Shown one piece after another: positions 1 through 10,008 of a DNA stretch of 64,000 nucleotides. Position numbers and translations under genes: made by a program. This stretch comes from an uncultured Nitrospiraceae bacterium. Lineage in GTDB: Bacteria; Nitrospirota; Nitrospiria; Nitrospirales; Nitrospiraceae. The notes under the pieces were generated by a model. It was given only the letters and a program-made list of their open reading frames with translations, was not told the origin of the DNA and did no database searches. The stretch covers positions 768,001 through 832,000 of the forward strand of contig CAWJWJ010000002.1 in NCBI GenBank assembly GCA_963846575.1. The letters are read 5' to 3'. The stretch's first letter is position 1. The number at the start of each line of letters is the position of its first letter.

Positions 1-876
1 CATCATCAGCAAGGGGGACTCGCTGAGACGACTGAGCTGCTGAAAATACGCGTAGTGGGTCACCACCCGTTCCGGCAAGAGAGGCGTGAGGTGCTGACGA
101 GGTAATGCCGAAAGGTACCAATCGGCGGTGAGCTCGGTTCCTCCATTTGATGTTATTCGAGTGACGCGCTCCCGGTCGAAGTGGATCTGGGATACCGTGG
201 TATTCATCCGGAACGTGACCCCCATCCTATCAAGCTGCGCCTTGAGCGGCGCGAGGAGAAATGAGTCAAGCCCCTGGGATGGAACAACCAGTTTCGTCGC
301 CTTCGCACCGGTCAGAAAACATCGCCGTAGGGTTCGCATAAACAGACCTGCGGATACCCGTGAGAGCGGAGCCCCTAATAACAATCGGGCGAGGCAGTTC
401 CAGACTCCTCCTCTGGCGTTCTCGGATTGGCCGATGCTGGCGAGCCAGTCGTCGGCCGTCCGCAGATCCAGATCGTTCGGCATGGGGGGATCTTGCTCCC
501 ATGTCCGCTCAAGGAACGACAGCAGATGCCAGCGGTCTCGCATCGACAGTCCTTGAAACAAGGTGGTTCCAATCAAGGTATTGAGCGGAGAGGGTAATGG
601 AAGGTGCAAGAACTGAGTGCGGGCGCCGTTGGATTGCAGAAACTCGAGCGGGGTATGTCGAAGACGGTGTGTGGCCACGTCATTGCTCAAGCGTTCGAGC
701 AAAGACCAGGTGGCGTGGTGGGCTTCCAGCAGTAGTGGGGGAGGACCATGGTAGAGATGACCTCCTACGTGGTCGGTTTGTTCAATGACCGTCACGGAAT
801 GGCCGCTGGCGCTCAGATGCAGAGCCGCTGTCAGACCGGCCATTCCTGCGCCGAGAATGAGGACCGTTCCGCTCAT
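1..876 (-). CDS. hpnE: HpnE-like squalene-associated FAD-dependent oxidoreductase (partial, runs off window start)
   Basis: Not in ORF track; manual translation gives MSGTVLILGAGMAGLTAALHLSASGHSVTVIEQTDHVGG (GxGxxG FAD motif), open to position 1; ATG overlaps the hpnD stop (ATGA). Confidence 0.75.
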   Translation of the reverse strand, partial: MSGTVLILGAGMAGLTAALHLSASGHSVTVIEQTDHVGGHLYHGPPPLLLEAHHATWSLLERLSNDVATHRLRHTPLEFLQSNGARTQFLHLPLPSPLNTLIGTTLFQGLSMRDRWHLLSFLERTWEQDPPMPNDLDLRTADDWLASIGQSENARGGVWNCLARLLLGAPLSRVSAGLFMRTLRRCFLTGAKATKLVVPSQGLDSFLLAPLKAQLDRMGVTFRMNTTVSQIHFDRERVTRITSNGGTELTADWYLSALPRQHLTPLLPERVVTHYAYFQQLSRLSESPLLMM

Positions 877-1745
877 GAAGTCGAAAAGGGCAGACGCGAC
901 TGCAGCCACACGCTGGCGGCTACGGCCAGGCGATGGCTGGGGGACAGCGTGACCCGCTCACCCAACACGCGATACCCGGAGTCTTCGATGCGATGCAAAA
1001 TGCGGCTGTAGACACCCCGCATAATTTCCGCCACCGTCAAAGCTCGGCGCTCGACGCGAGGCAGCGATGCCAGGGCGCGTGCGGCTTTCGCGTAGAACTC
1101 CTGGGCACGTCCGACCTCAAATCGCATCAGATCCGTAAACTCCGGGGTATACCGTCGGCGCATGAGATCATCTTCCCGGTAACTGAAGCGGGTGAAATCT
1201 TCTTGCGGTAGATACACACGGCCGCATTCGGCATCGTTACCGAGGTCGCGAAGAATGTTGGTCAATTGAAACGCCATACCGAGGTTGACGGCGTAGTCCT
1301 GCGCGCGGGCCGACGTAGTCCCGAAGACGTGCAGGCAGATCAATCCCACGACCGACGCCACCCGATAACAATACAAAGACAACTCCTCAAACGTCTCGTA
1401 CCGTTTCGCGGTCAGGTCCATTTCGACGCCTTTAATCAGCTCCTCGAAGTACGCCTGCGGGATCGACAGCGCCCGGACGTGACGAGCCAGGCTGACGGTC
1501 ACGGGCAATGTCGGTGTTCCGTCATAGGCGGCGGCCAGTTCCCGACGCCAGCGGGCCAGCTCTTCTTGCGGGTGACTTCCCGGACGTGGCTCATCGACGG
1601 CATTATCCACCTCCTTGCAGAAAGCGTAGACCGTGTACATGGCCTCGCGGCGTGCCGTGGGAAGAAACAGAAATGAGTAGTAAAAGTTGCTGCCGCTCTT
1701 TTTGGTCAGAGTGGTGCAGTAGGCTTGCGCGTCAGTATGGGTCAT
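873..1745 (-). CDS. hpnD: Squalene/phytoene synthase family, presqualene diphosphate synthase HpnD
   Basis: SGSNFYYSF, YAFCKEVDNAVD, YCYRVASVVG, AFQLTNILRD, GRVYLP motifs. Confidence 0.9.
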   Translation of the reverse strand: MTHTDAQAYCTTLTKKSGSNFYYSFLFLPTARREAMYTVYAFCKEVDNAVDEPRPGSHPQEELARWRRELAAAYDGTPTLPVTVSLARHVRALSIPQAYFEELIKGVEMDLTAKRYETFEELSLYCYRVASVVGLICLHVFGTTSARAQDYAVNLGMAFQLTNILRDLGNDAECGRVYLPQEDFTRFSYREDDLMRRRYTPEFTDLMRFEVGRAQEFYAKAARALASLPRVERRALTVAEIMRGVYSRILHRIEDSGYRVLGERVTLSPSHRLAVAASVWLQSRLPFSTS

Positions 1746-2674
1746 CGTGGCAGCGCCGCAGGCTTGTCGAGGCGCTCGACAGAGGCCGGAAGAAGATGGT
1801 CGACGTGGACCGGATGAAGTATGGCTGCTAACTGTTCTACGCCATCAATCAGGCGGGGACCGGGGCGGCTGAAGTACGCCAGGGCATCGACAAGAAAGAC
1901 TGCTCCGTTTCGGACGGCAGGCAAGGTCTTCCACTGCGGTCGATCCGTCATCGTTGCCAGTTCGGTTCTCGTACGCTCGATGGTGAATCCGCACGGCATG
2001 AGGATGATCACGTCAGGTGCGGCGGCGCAGAGCCTGTCCCAATCCACCTTGTGAGAGGCTGTACCGGCAGTCGCTAACACATCAATGCCTGCCGCGGCCT
2101 CCACCATGTCGGGAACCCAGTGGCCCGCAGTATAGAGCGGCGAGAGCCATTCAAGGCAGGCGACTCTGGGGCGTTGCGTTACAGAGGAGAGTCGGCTGCG
2201 CACGGTCTCAAGCCTTCGGCGCAGCTCCGTGACGAAACGTCGGCCTGCAGCTTCCCGTCCCAACGCCACGCTAAGTTTTTCGATCTCCTGAAGAACGTCC
2301 TCGAGTCGCTTGGGATTCAGTGTGACCAGAGATGGCCGTGGTGTACACCTGTGCAAGACATGATTCAGCTGCGTCGGGGTGATGGCGCAGACATCACACA
2401 GATCTTGCGCGATGATCAGGTCGGGCTGCGCCGCGAGCAGCTGCGGTTCGTCCAATTCGTATAAGCTTTCGCCTGCCGAAAGCAGGGTGCCGACCTGGTC
2501 ATCGATTTGTGCGCTCGACAGTCGACGGCTCTCCACTCGCGGGCGGACCATCACAGGAATGTCGCAGAGACCAAAGGGGTAATCACACTCATGGCTGATG
2601 CCAACGAGGTCGTTCTGGAGTCCCAAGGCCGCAACCACTTCCGTGGCTCCTGGTACGAGTGAGCAAATTTTCAT
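1742..2674 (-). CDS. Cobalamin/Fe-siderophore-type substrate-binding protein (BtuF-like), no obvious signal peptide
   Basis: MKICSLVPGATE, VGISHECDYP, CLEWLSPLYTAGHW, FSRPGPRL; start moved to the ATG overlapping the upstream stop. Confidence 0.8.
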   Translation of the reverse strand: MKICSLVPGATEVVAALGLQNDLVGISHECDYPFGLCDIPVMVRPRVESRRLSSAQIDDQVGTLLSAGESLYELDEPQLLAAQPDLIIAQDLCDVCAITPTQLNHVLHRCTPRPSLVTLNPKRLEDVLQEIEKLSVALGREAAGRRFVTELRRRLETVRSRLSSVTQRPRVACLEWLSPLYTAGHWVPDMVEAAAGIDVLATAGTASHKVDWDRLCAAAPDVIILMPCGFTIERTRTELATMTDRPQWKTLPAVRNGAVFLVDALAYFSRPGPRLIDGVEQLAAILHPVHVDHLLPASVERLDKPAALPR

Positions 2675-3378
2675 GTATGTCCTTGGGCCGTGCCCCACAA
2701 CTGTGACTGGAGGTCGGAGAGGCGGGTGTCGACCAGCGAATGGGTCATGCTGTCGGCTTCGCCGAGATCCTGCAGCGCATGGGTGTTGGCGACCGCCAGC
2801 ACCTTCATGCCGGCGGTGCGTGCGCCCCTTATGCCCGGCAAGGAATCTTCGATGACCAGGCAATCACCGGGAGTGAGTGAGAGGCGCTCGAATTGCTTGT
2901 TCAAACCGGCCATGGCATGAAGAAAAGGCTCAGGAGCCGGTTTACCATTGATGACGTCTTCCGCACTCGTGATCTGTCGAAATGCTTTGCGAAGATCTGC
3001 TTCCTCTAGAATCAATTCAATCTCGTGCCGTAGCGCGCCGGAGGCAATGGCGAGCGGGTAATGGTCTGCGGCGTCTCGGATGAGTTCCCGTACGCCGGGG
3101 AAAATGGCCAGGTGTTGCTTGACGGCGGTCAGGTAGGCCTGAGCTTTTTGGTCCATCAATCGGGTGAGGACGGCCGGAGACACCTCACGATGGTGCCGGT
3201 GCAATGCCGCCAGGAAACATCCGCGATCGTCAAAGCCAAGATAGTCAGCGTAGTACTCTTTTTCTGTGAGCGCGATATCGATGCCTGCCAGGACGTGCCG
3301 CAGGGCGGCGAAGTGGAGCGGCTCGGTGTCCGCAATGACTCCGTCGAAATCAAAGATAATGGCGCGTAACTCATTCAT
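2671..3378 (-). CDS. HAD-superfamily phosphatase (beta-PGM/CbbY-like)
   Basis: FDFDGVIADTE motif I, GKPAPE, VIEDS. Confidence 0.9.
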   Translation of the reverse strand: MNELRAIIFDFDGVIADTEPLHFAALRHVLAGIDIALTEKEYYADYLGFDDRGCFLAALHRHHREVSPAVLTRLMDQKAQAYLTAVKQHLAIFPGVRELIRDAADHYPLAIASGALRHEIELILEEADLRKAFRQITSAEDVINGKPAPEPFLHAMAGLNKQFERLSLTPGDCLVIEDSLPGIRGARTAGMKVLAVANTHALQDLGEADSMTHSLVDTRLSDLQSQLWGTAQGHT

Positions 3379-3447
3379 GATCGGGACTCATTCATCCTTA
3401 GGGCGTCGATCGTCAGATAGTGATCGGGTCGACTGTGTGGGCGCGGC

Positions 3448-3456
3448 ATTATATCA
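3448..3456 (-). promoter_or_regulatory. Extended -10 promoter (TGaTATAAT) for the HAD-btuF-like-hpnD-hpnE operon
   Basis: Exact TGnTATAAT on the minus strand about 70 nt upstream of the HAD start. Confidence 0.55.
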
Positions 3457-3469
3457 AGGGTAGGAGCAC

Positions 3470-3509
3470 AAAAAAAGCGACGGCCCACTCGATGAGAAAT
3501 GGGCCGTCG
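3470..3509 (-). terminator. Rho-independent terminator
   Basis: Stem cgacggccca/tgggccgtcg followed on the minus strand by a U7 tract, just downstream of 3537..4253. Confidence 0.8.
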
Positions 3510-3536
3510 TAGGTCGGAACAGCAGAAGGGTGGGCG

Positions 3537-4253
3537 TTAGCGCTTCAGTCTCAAGCCTCGTTCCGGAATCCAGCCCTTGCGACCATCCTCGGTTCGTACG
3601 GAATAAACCCAGCCGGTTGTTTGGTAGTCTCCATCCAGGATGGTGAGCGTGGCGCTGGCTGGTACAGTGGTGCTGGTCTTTGTCCCGGCTGCGTCGATGA
3701 ACAGTGGCACAGGAGCATTGGTCCTGGTTTGATTGGGAATGACCGTCACTCGTTGTCCTTCGGAAAACTGCGGGCTGGTGACGTTCACGAACGCCGGCGG
3801 CGGTTTCACTGCGGATGCGGCGGGGTTTGCCACACTTGGTGGTTGCGGCTCCTGGTCGGGAACGCGTGAAGAACCTCTTTCGATGAGCTCAGGAGGGGCA
3901 ATCTTCGGAGTCGGTTCGGGGTTCGATGCCGTACCAGCTGCTGGTTGGGTAGTTCCGGTGTCAGTGTCGAGGTACGGCTCGATGAGCTGCATCGCGCCGT
4001 CGGGGTCCATCGCCACATAACCAACCCCTCCCAGAACCAGGATCAGCAGAATCCAGAGAAGAGGCCGGTTGCCGGATCGCTTGGGTGCATTCATCAGCGG
4101 CGGAGGGGGCGGAACCGCTTCGTCCAAGTCTTCCTCGGAGAACTCCAGGTCCGGTTCGGGCTGACGTGCGAACAGGAGCTGCCAGTACGTCCACTCACTG
4201 CTGAGCGTGGGACTGCCCGTTGTGGGAAACATCGGAACCTCCTCATCGAACAA
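3537..4253 (-). CDS. Single-TM protein with Pro-rich linker and C-terminal SH3-like domain
   Basis: [21 protein letters not shown]-terminus [18 protein letters not shown] is SH3b-like. Confidence 0.65.
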   Translation of the reverse strand: MFDEEVPMFPTTGSPTLSSEWTYWQLLFARQPEPDLEFSEEDLDEAVPPPPPLMNAPKRSGNRPLLWILLILVLGGVGYVAMDPDGAMQLIEPYLDTDTGTTQPAAGTASNPEPTPKIAPPELIERGSSRVPDQEPQPPSVANPAASAVKPPPAFVNVTSPQFSEGQRVTVIPNQTRTNAPVPLFIDAAGTKTSTTVPASATLTILDGDYQTTGWVYSVRTEDGRKGWIPERGLRLKR

Positions 4254-4520
4254 GGGGATGGTCTGAATCCTCCTAGGTACTTATCACTGCCCCTCCACCC
4301 TGTCAATTTTGTTCCAGAAAACGACGCCTTGTTTGGTTGTTTCCGACAGCGCGCTCGGTCATTGCTCGATTGGCCCTCAGGCTCAGGGAGTATTTCGAAC
4401 ATAGCTGTCTCAGGACCTGGATGCGGTGGATCGGCAGAGTGTCCTTCGTATGGGTGTGAGGGCTTGCAAGTTCGAACATCCTCGTTGCAGAATCGATCTC
4501 GACCCTGTTCCGGGAGTCTC

Positions 4521-4934
4521 ATGAAGGCCTATCGCGAAGAATTGTGGTTTGAAACACGGACGAGACGTGCCTATCTCAACATTACGGCCCAGGTGGACGC
4601 CGCCGTGCGCAAAAGCGGGGTGCGTGAAGGACTGGTCCTGGTAAATGCGATGCACATCACCGCCAGCGTCTATATCAATGACGACGAAGCGGGATTGCTG
4701 CACGATTACGAGACCGTCCTCGAGCGGCTTGTCCCGCAGGATGCGACCTATCGCCACAATGACACCGGCGAAGATAACGGCGATGCCCACATCAAGCGGC
4801 AACTCATGGGACGAGAAGTGGTGGTTGCCATCACGGACGGGAAGCTGGATTTTGGACCGTGGGAGCAAATTTTTTACGGAGAGTTTGATGGGCGGCGGCG
4901 CAAGCGCGTGTTGGTGAAGGTCATTGGTGAATGA
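4521..4934 (+). CDS. yjbQ: YjbQ family (secondary thiamine-phosphate synthase-like)
   Basis: [33 protein letters not shown]; start MKAYREEL. Confidence 0.88.
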   Translation: MKAYREELWFETRTRRAYLNITAQVDAAVRKSGVREGLVLVNAMHITASVYINDDEAGLLHDYETVLERLVPQDATYRHNDTGEDNGDAHIKRQLMGREVVVAITDGKLDFGPWEQIFYGEFDGRRRKRVLVKVIGE

Positions 4935-5093
4935 CGGGTCGAAGGTGAGGCAGCAACCGCCTCGGGCCGTTCACGACTGGCCTCGACGAAGAACCGCAAC
5001 AGGCTTGCCACGTTCTGGAAAGTTTGGCAACATGGACAACAGAATGAACGGAAACCACATCGTACGAATTCGCACCAACGTGGGAGGCCGGCC

Positions 5094-6107
5094 ATGTTGA
5101 GTTGGTCGCGACCGGATCCGCTGACGAGAGACTTGATACATCTGATCAATGCGCGCCGTCATGATCACGGTGACACCGACGCCGCCATCGATACGTTGCA
5201 AGCCTTCATCGAGCAGGGACGCGAGCAGGATCTGTTGACGGTCCTGGCTGCTCTGGACGAGGAGATGGCAGAGTGGATGTTTGACCTGGTAGCGGAAGCC
5301 TCCTGCGCCGTCATCATGGACGGGCCGGACGATGAAAAAGGCGCCTATGCCCTGATGGCCGCCTTGGAATTGCCGCTCCAAGCCAATTTGGGGCAGCCCC
5401 TCGGGTTGAAGATTGATCCTGTGGCTACGGCGGATCTCCTTCACCGCCATCTTCAACTGCCGGCCGGAGTGGTCGTGCGAGTGGAGCCTCGACTGCTGAC
5501 CGACGCCACACTCGAAGGATTGACGCTCCAAACCTTAAATGAACACCTCGCGAGCATTGCCGATTCGCAACGCACCCAGGCGATTGCGTCTCGTCTGTAT
5601 CCTCCTGTGGAAAACACGGCGTTTCTCTTTTTTCAACTCATTGGGATGCCCGACCCGGGATTGCCGGATTCGCTGGAGGAACCGGAACGTCGGGCGTTGC
5701 TCGAAGGTCTGGTCGCGCAATGCGCAGAGTTGGCGCTGGCGCCGGATACCTTAGAGGTGCCGGTCTACGCCTCGTATGCGCTGTTCGACGCGCAGAACGC
5801 GGTGCGGCTTCACCGCCTGGCCGACGAAACCGCCGCGGTATGGCGCGATCTCGATCCCATGGTGCGCGCACGGACAATCGCCCATCTCCATACGCAATGT
5901 GGAAATGGAGTCTACATGCCTGTCTGGACGGATCTTTTCGACCCGGAATTGCCGGAGGAGCACGGTCCGGTGTGGACGTCGCCGGATGTGTGGGTGTTCA
6001 CGGCCGATCTGCCGATCGAATGGCCTGGGGAAATGCTCACGAATCGGCTATTGGCTGAAGGCTGCACACGTTTCGAAAATCATATCGTTGAAGCACCGGA
6101 AAACTAG
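5094..6107 (+). CDS. Hypothetical acidic protein, possibly a distant DUF2863-like protein
   Basis: 337-aa ORF with GGAGG SD; family resemblance judged by eye only. Confidence 0.6.
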   Translation: MLSWSRPDPLTRDLIHLINARRHDHGDTDAAIDTLQAFIEQGREQDLLTVLAALDEEMAEWMFDLVAEASCAVIMDGPDDEKGAYALMAALELPLQANLGQPLGLKIDPVATADLLHRHLQLPAGVVVRVEPRLLTDATLEGLTLQTLNEHLASIADSQRTQAIASRLYPPVENTAFLFFQLIGMPDPGLPDSLEEPERRALLEGLVAQCAELALAPDTLEVPVYASYALFDAQNAVRLHRLADETAAVWRDLDPMVRARTIAHLHTQCGNGVYMPVWTDLFDPELPEEHGPVWTSPDVWVFTADLPIEWPGEMLTNRLLAEGCTRFENHIVEAPEN

Positions 6108-6248
6108 CCGGTTTCACAGGGTGCAGCAAACGCGGATCAGGGCTGTGGACTAGATGATCCGCCCGTCGACAGTGACGGGCCCCGTGCTGAAGGCTGCTTC
6201 GAAAATTCCCTGACGGAACGAGACCGATTCCTCACCTCAAGGAGTCCC

Positions 6249-6857
6249 TTGCCCGGTCCATCCCGACTCGGCGCCATCCTCATGGTCACAGGGTTGAGCT
6301 GCGTTGTGTTGGGCTCGGTGTGGGGATTCGTCATCCACTTGTTGCCGGAGAGCGACACTCTCACCTATTCGCCATCGCACTCATTGACAGTGCCCCCTCC
6401 GAGGCTCCCATCTTCTCCCCCGCTGAGCCTCATTGTTCCCGGGGTTCAAGACCCGGCCACTCCGCCGGTCACAGGCAGGGATGTGCCTGTCGCTCATACG
6501 GCTCCATCCGGGCGACTCGTGGGTGAGGGGGGTGGCCCTCCATTCCGCATGGACCTGAAGTGTTCAATGGAAATTGACAGTCTCTGTTCCGAGGACGACG
6601 GGGAACGGCCGCTTTGTCTGCAACGAAAAGCGACGCAATTATCTGCTCCCTGCCGACCGATCCTTCGTGAGCGGCTCGTCCGCATGAAAGAGACCATGCG
6701 ACAGATGCGGGCGGCCTGCGAGACGGACCGACTGCAGTATTGTCGCGAAGAGCCTCTGGGCGGAGGGGCGATTGTCCAATGTTTGGAATCTCACGCGCAG
6801 GAAGTCTCGGATCACTGTTTTCAGTTCTTGCCCAAACGTGGTCGGTTGTTGAACTGA
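6249..6857 (+). CDS. Membrane-anchored cysteine-rich (GLG1-like) repeat protein
   Basis: N-terminal TM; two repeats CSMEIDSLC..CLQ..LSAPC and ACETDRLQYC..CLESH..VSDHC; start uncertain. Confidence 0.7.
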   Translation: MPGPSRLGAILMVTGLSCVVLGSVWGFVIHLLPESDTLTYSPSHSLTVPPPRLPSSPPLSLIVPGVQDPATPPVTGRDVPVAHTAPSGRLVGEGGGPPFRMDLKCSMEIDSLCSEDDGERPLCLQRKATQLSAPCRPILRERLVRMKETMRQMRAACETDRLQYCREEPLGGGAIVQCLESHAQEVSDHCFQFLPKRGRLLN

Positions 6858-6888
6858 TCCTCCCAGTAGTCGACCCCTACGGTAAGTG

Positions 6889-7602
6889 CTATTTCAGGGC
6901 GCGTTCGAGAAACCGTAGGGTGATGCCTGCCACTTCGACGACATCTCCGTTCAGCAGTCTGTGTTCACCCAGAACGGGCCGGCCGTTGACCCTGATGCGC
7001 TTCCCGCTATCCGTCGGACTTACCACATAGCCATCCCCGCGACGGCCGATAACGGCTGCAGTTTTTGGCGCGAACCACCCAGTGAGCCGGATTACCGCAT
7101 CGTCCTGGGCTCCGATCAGGGAGAGGTGTTTGGCGAGTCGATAGTGAGGCTGGTTCGTTTTGCCGGAAAGAATTTCTATCAGGCCGACCTTCTGGTGGGT
7201 CTCCCGGCGTGCGCTCGCATGCGAGTCCGACACGATCACGGTCTGATCGCTGATCAGCAACTCGCTTGCCGGTGCGGGCTCCAGCGGGCTCAGGTGATTA
7301 TCGCGAAAAATTAAGCGATGGTCGCCGATGCGGACGCTATCGGCATCCTGGAGTTGTCGCCGGTCGATCTTCCGTTCATTGATGAAAGTGCCGTTCGTGC
7401 TGTTAAGATCCTCAAGGAACAGGACTTCTTGTATCTGCGCGATGCGTGCATGATGCCCGGAAACGGCACCGTCCTCCAGGCAGAGGTCATTGTCGGCCTT
7501 GCGCCCGATGGTGAAGGGTGTGCGTGAGACTTCGATTTCCTTTGTCCCTCCTTGCGGCGCCTTCACAAGTAGCATCGGCAATGGGGCTTGGTTCTGGGAC
7601 AT
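6889..7602 (-). CDS. Tandem FHA-domain protein
   Basis: IGRKADND, VSGHHA, STNGTFIN in FHA1; second FHA-like domain degenerate. Confidence 0.9.
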   Translation of the reverse strand: MSQNQAPLPMLLVKAPQGGTKEIEVSRTPFTIGRKADNDLCLEDGAVSGHHARIAQIQEVLFLEDLNSTNGTFINERKIDRRQLQDADSVRIGDHRLIFRDNHLSPLEPAPASELLISDQTVIVSDSHASARRETHQKVGLIEILSGKTNQPHYRLAKHLSLIGAQDDAVIRLTGWFAPKTAAVIGRRGDGYVVSPTDSGKRIRVNGRPVLGEHRLLNGDVVEVAGITLRFLERALK

Positions 7603-7611
7603 GGTCGCTCC

Positions 7612-8448
7612 TTATTGTGAGCCGGTGGGTGGCCCCGCGAACAGCCGGGCACGAATGCCATTCCATATCCCCGGCTTGCTCCGAGTGAGAGTGGTGACGA
7701 TGACGGTCGTATTGTCGGTTCCACCGGCGGCATTCGAGAGAGCGACGAGACGGTCGGAAACGGCCTGTGGGTCGCGGGATTCCTGAATGGTGCGAAGAAT
7801 GGTGTCTGCCGAAACTGCGCCAGTCAGGCCATCCGAGCAGAGCAGTAGGACATCGCGGTCCAACACCGGAAGTTCGGCCAATTCGACATCCACCGTGGCA
7901 TGGACTCCGACCGCACGGGTGAGTACATGTCTGTGCGGGGCATACGAGGCGTCGTCAGCACCCAGTAGTCCAGATTGCACTTGCGCGCTCACCAGCGAAT
8001 GGTCGACGGTGAGCCCGTGCAGCGCCTGATTTCGAGCCAGATAGAGGCGGCTATCCCCTACGTGAGCGATCGACAGAACAGACCCCACTAACCAGACGGC
8101 GACGACCGTGGTGCCCATTCCGCTGTGCTCCGCGTGATCGGTGGCTTCCTGATGGATCCTGTGATTGGCCAGCCGGATGGCGCTGGCCAATCGGTTGGTT
8201 GCGGCGGAAAACTCAGGACGCGCGACGCCCATCAGCGGAAGAAGGGTTTCCGTGTCGGCCTCCGCGAGGTGGCGGGGAATGGTCTCAATCGCATGGCTGC
8301 TGGCAATGTCACCTCCCCGATGTCCGCCCATTCCATCACAGACGATAAACAGGCCTGTGGCGGAATCCGCATGGAACCGATCCTCATTGCACCGGCGCGT
8401 GAGGCCGATATCTGAAGTGGCTCCATATCTGACCTGCAAGGGGTGCAT
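7612..8448 (-). CDS. PP2C/Stp1-family Ser/Thr phosphatase
   Basis: RRCNED, CDGMGGH, MGTT, HVGDSR, LLCSDGL, GGTDN. Confidence 0.92.
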   Translation of the reverse strand: MHPLQVRYGATSDIGLTRRCNEDRFHADSATGLFIVCDGMGGHRGGDIASSHAIETIPRHLAEADTETLLPLMGVARPEFSAATNRLASAIRLANHRIHQEATDHAEHSGMGTTVVAVWLVGSVLSIAHVGDSRLYLARNQALHGLTVDHSLVSAQVQSGLLGADDASYAPHRHVLTRAVGVHATVDVELAELPVLDRDVLLLCSDGLTGAVSADTILRTIQESRDPQAVSDRLVALSNAAGGTDNTTVIVTTLTRSKPGIWNGIRARLFAGPPTGSQ

Positions 8449-8456
8449 GGCTGGTG

Positions 8457-9866
8457 TTATCTCGGCATAACCTGAAAGACATCCCGGAGGTCCTGGGCCA
8501 TATCGCTCGCATGACGGTAACGGTGGGAAATTTCTTTCTGCAACGCTCGATCGAGGATGCATTGGACGCGCGTCGGTAAATCTTGACGGTATTTAAGCAT
8601 CGGGGGGTGAGGAGCCTTCACGATACGCATGACGAGGGCCGCCATGTTTTCCGCATCGAATGGCCTCTCGCCGCTCAGAAGTTCGAACAGGACGATGCCA
8701 AGGGAAAAGACGTCCGATCGACCGTCCACATCTTTTCCGGTGGCCTGCTCAGGCGACATGTACCGCGGAGTACCGAGGATCATGCTGGTCTGAGTTTTTG
8801 ACGCGCTAGCCATTTTGGCAATGCCAAAATCCATGACCTTCACGAGGCGCTGTTTCAAAATCATGATATTGGCGGGTTTCACGTCTCGATGCACGACGCC
8901 CTGACTGTGGGCGTAATCCAGCGCATCGGCGACAGTGGCTACGATCTGCAAGGCCTGTTTCGCGGGGAGTATGGCGGATTTCTGGCAGTAAGAGTTGAGC
9001 AGGGTTCCTTCGAGATATTCCATGGCGATGTAGGCCAGGCCTTCCTGTTCCCCCGCGTCATAGACCGTGACGATATTGGGGTGCGAGAGGCGGCCTGTCG
9101 ACTCCGCCTCCCGGAAGAACCGATCGCGAAACTCTTTCAGCTCTTCGTCACGATCGATCTCGTCCAGCCGCATCGTCTTAATCGCGACGAAACGTTGGAT
9201 CGTCGGATCCTTCCCGAGGTACACGATTCCCATCGCTCCGCGGCCGAGTTCCCTCACAATGTGATATCGCCCCAGCGTAGCGGGCACGCCGGCGTTCGCA
9301 CGAGCGACTACGGGGACTGCGACACGGGTGGGGGTGGGAGAGGGTCGTTCGTTGCGACTCAGGACTCCGGCGACTGGAGCGGGCTCTGCTTCTTCGGGTT
9401 CGGCGAGGCGCCGCCGACGCCGTCCGTCAAGGGTCCGAGTCAGGGCATCGGCATGTCGCACCCAAGCGAATGTCAACCAGGCGGCCGAGCCGATGAGGCC
9501 GCCGGTAACCAGCCAGTTGTACAACGGCTGTCTGGGAGGACCGAGCACGGATACTCCATGGGCGTCGTACATGCGAGAGGAGAGGATGACGATCAGCAGG
9601 AAAGCGGCGGGAAAGATGATTGAACGGAAAAAGGCTTGTCCCGTGCCGTCCTCGCGAAGCTCCCGCCGTGCCCGGGCGGCGGTAAGCCAGATCATGAGCA
9701 GGCAAAGTCCGTCCGCGAGAAATCGAACCGCCTGGGCGGCATTCATTGCTAACGGGGGGAGGAAGGTCTGGGTGAAGAGGGGGAGGGCGGCTAAAAACGG
9801 CCCTATCAGGATGGAGAGGATGATGACGATGAGATACGGGCCGATCCAGCCCCAGGATGTTGCCAT
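8457..9866 (-). CDS. Hanks-type Ser/Thr protein kinase with N-terminal multi-TM region
   Basis: LGRGAMGIV, VAIK, HRDVKPAN, DFG, YMSPEQ; about 4 hydrophobic helices at the N-terminus. Confidence 0.92.
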   Translation of the reverse strand: MATSWGWIGPYLIVIILSILIGPFLAALPLFTQTFLPPLAMNAAQAVRFLADGLCLLMIWLTAARARRELREDGTGQAFFRSIIFPAAFLLIVILSSRMYDAHGVSVLGPPRQPLYNWLVTGGLIGSAAWLTFAWVRHADALTRTLDGRRRRRLAEPEEAEPAPVAGVLSRNERPSPTPTRVAVPVVARANAGVPATLGRYHIVRELGRGAMGIVYLGKDPTIQRFVAIKTMRLDEIDRDEELKEFRDRFFREAESTGRLSHPNIVTVYDAGEQEGLAYIAMEYLEGTLLNSYCQKSAILPAKQALQIVATVADALDYAHSQGVVHRDVKPANIMILKQRLVKVMDFGIAKMASASKTQTSMILGTPRYMSPEQATGKDVDGRSDVFSLGIVLFELLSGERPFDAENMAALVMRIVKAPHPPMLKYRQDLPTRVQCILDRALQKEISHRYRHASDMAQDLRDVFQVMPR

Positions 9867-9892
9867 AAGAGCGATTCGCGGGATTGTGTCCC

Positions 9893-9920
9893 AGTGTAGC
9901 GAAAGGTGGTGGAGTGTCAA
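9893..9920 (-). promoter_or_regulatory. Candidate sigma70 promoter TTGACA-N16-TACACT
   Basis: Near-consensus hexamers upstream of the kinase start. Confidence 0.55.
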
Positions 9921-10008
9921 CGAAACGTAGGAATGACGCAGCCATGGGCGGCCCTGGCTGCGTCCTCGAAGCGGAAGCCGTTCGATGCGGGAGAAGTGGC
10001 GCGCACGA

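Noticed and set aside
3945..4520. Apparent long N-terminal extension on YjbQ (329-aa ORF)
   Set aside because: Overlaps the opposite-strand gene and looks non-protein-like; family homology starts at ATG 4521
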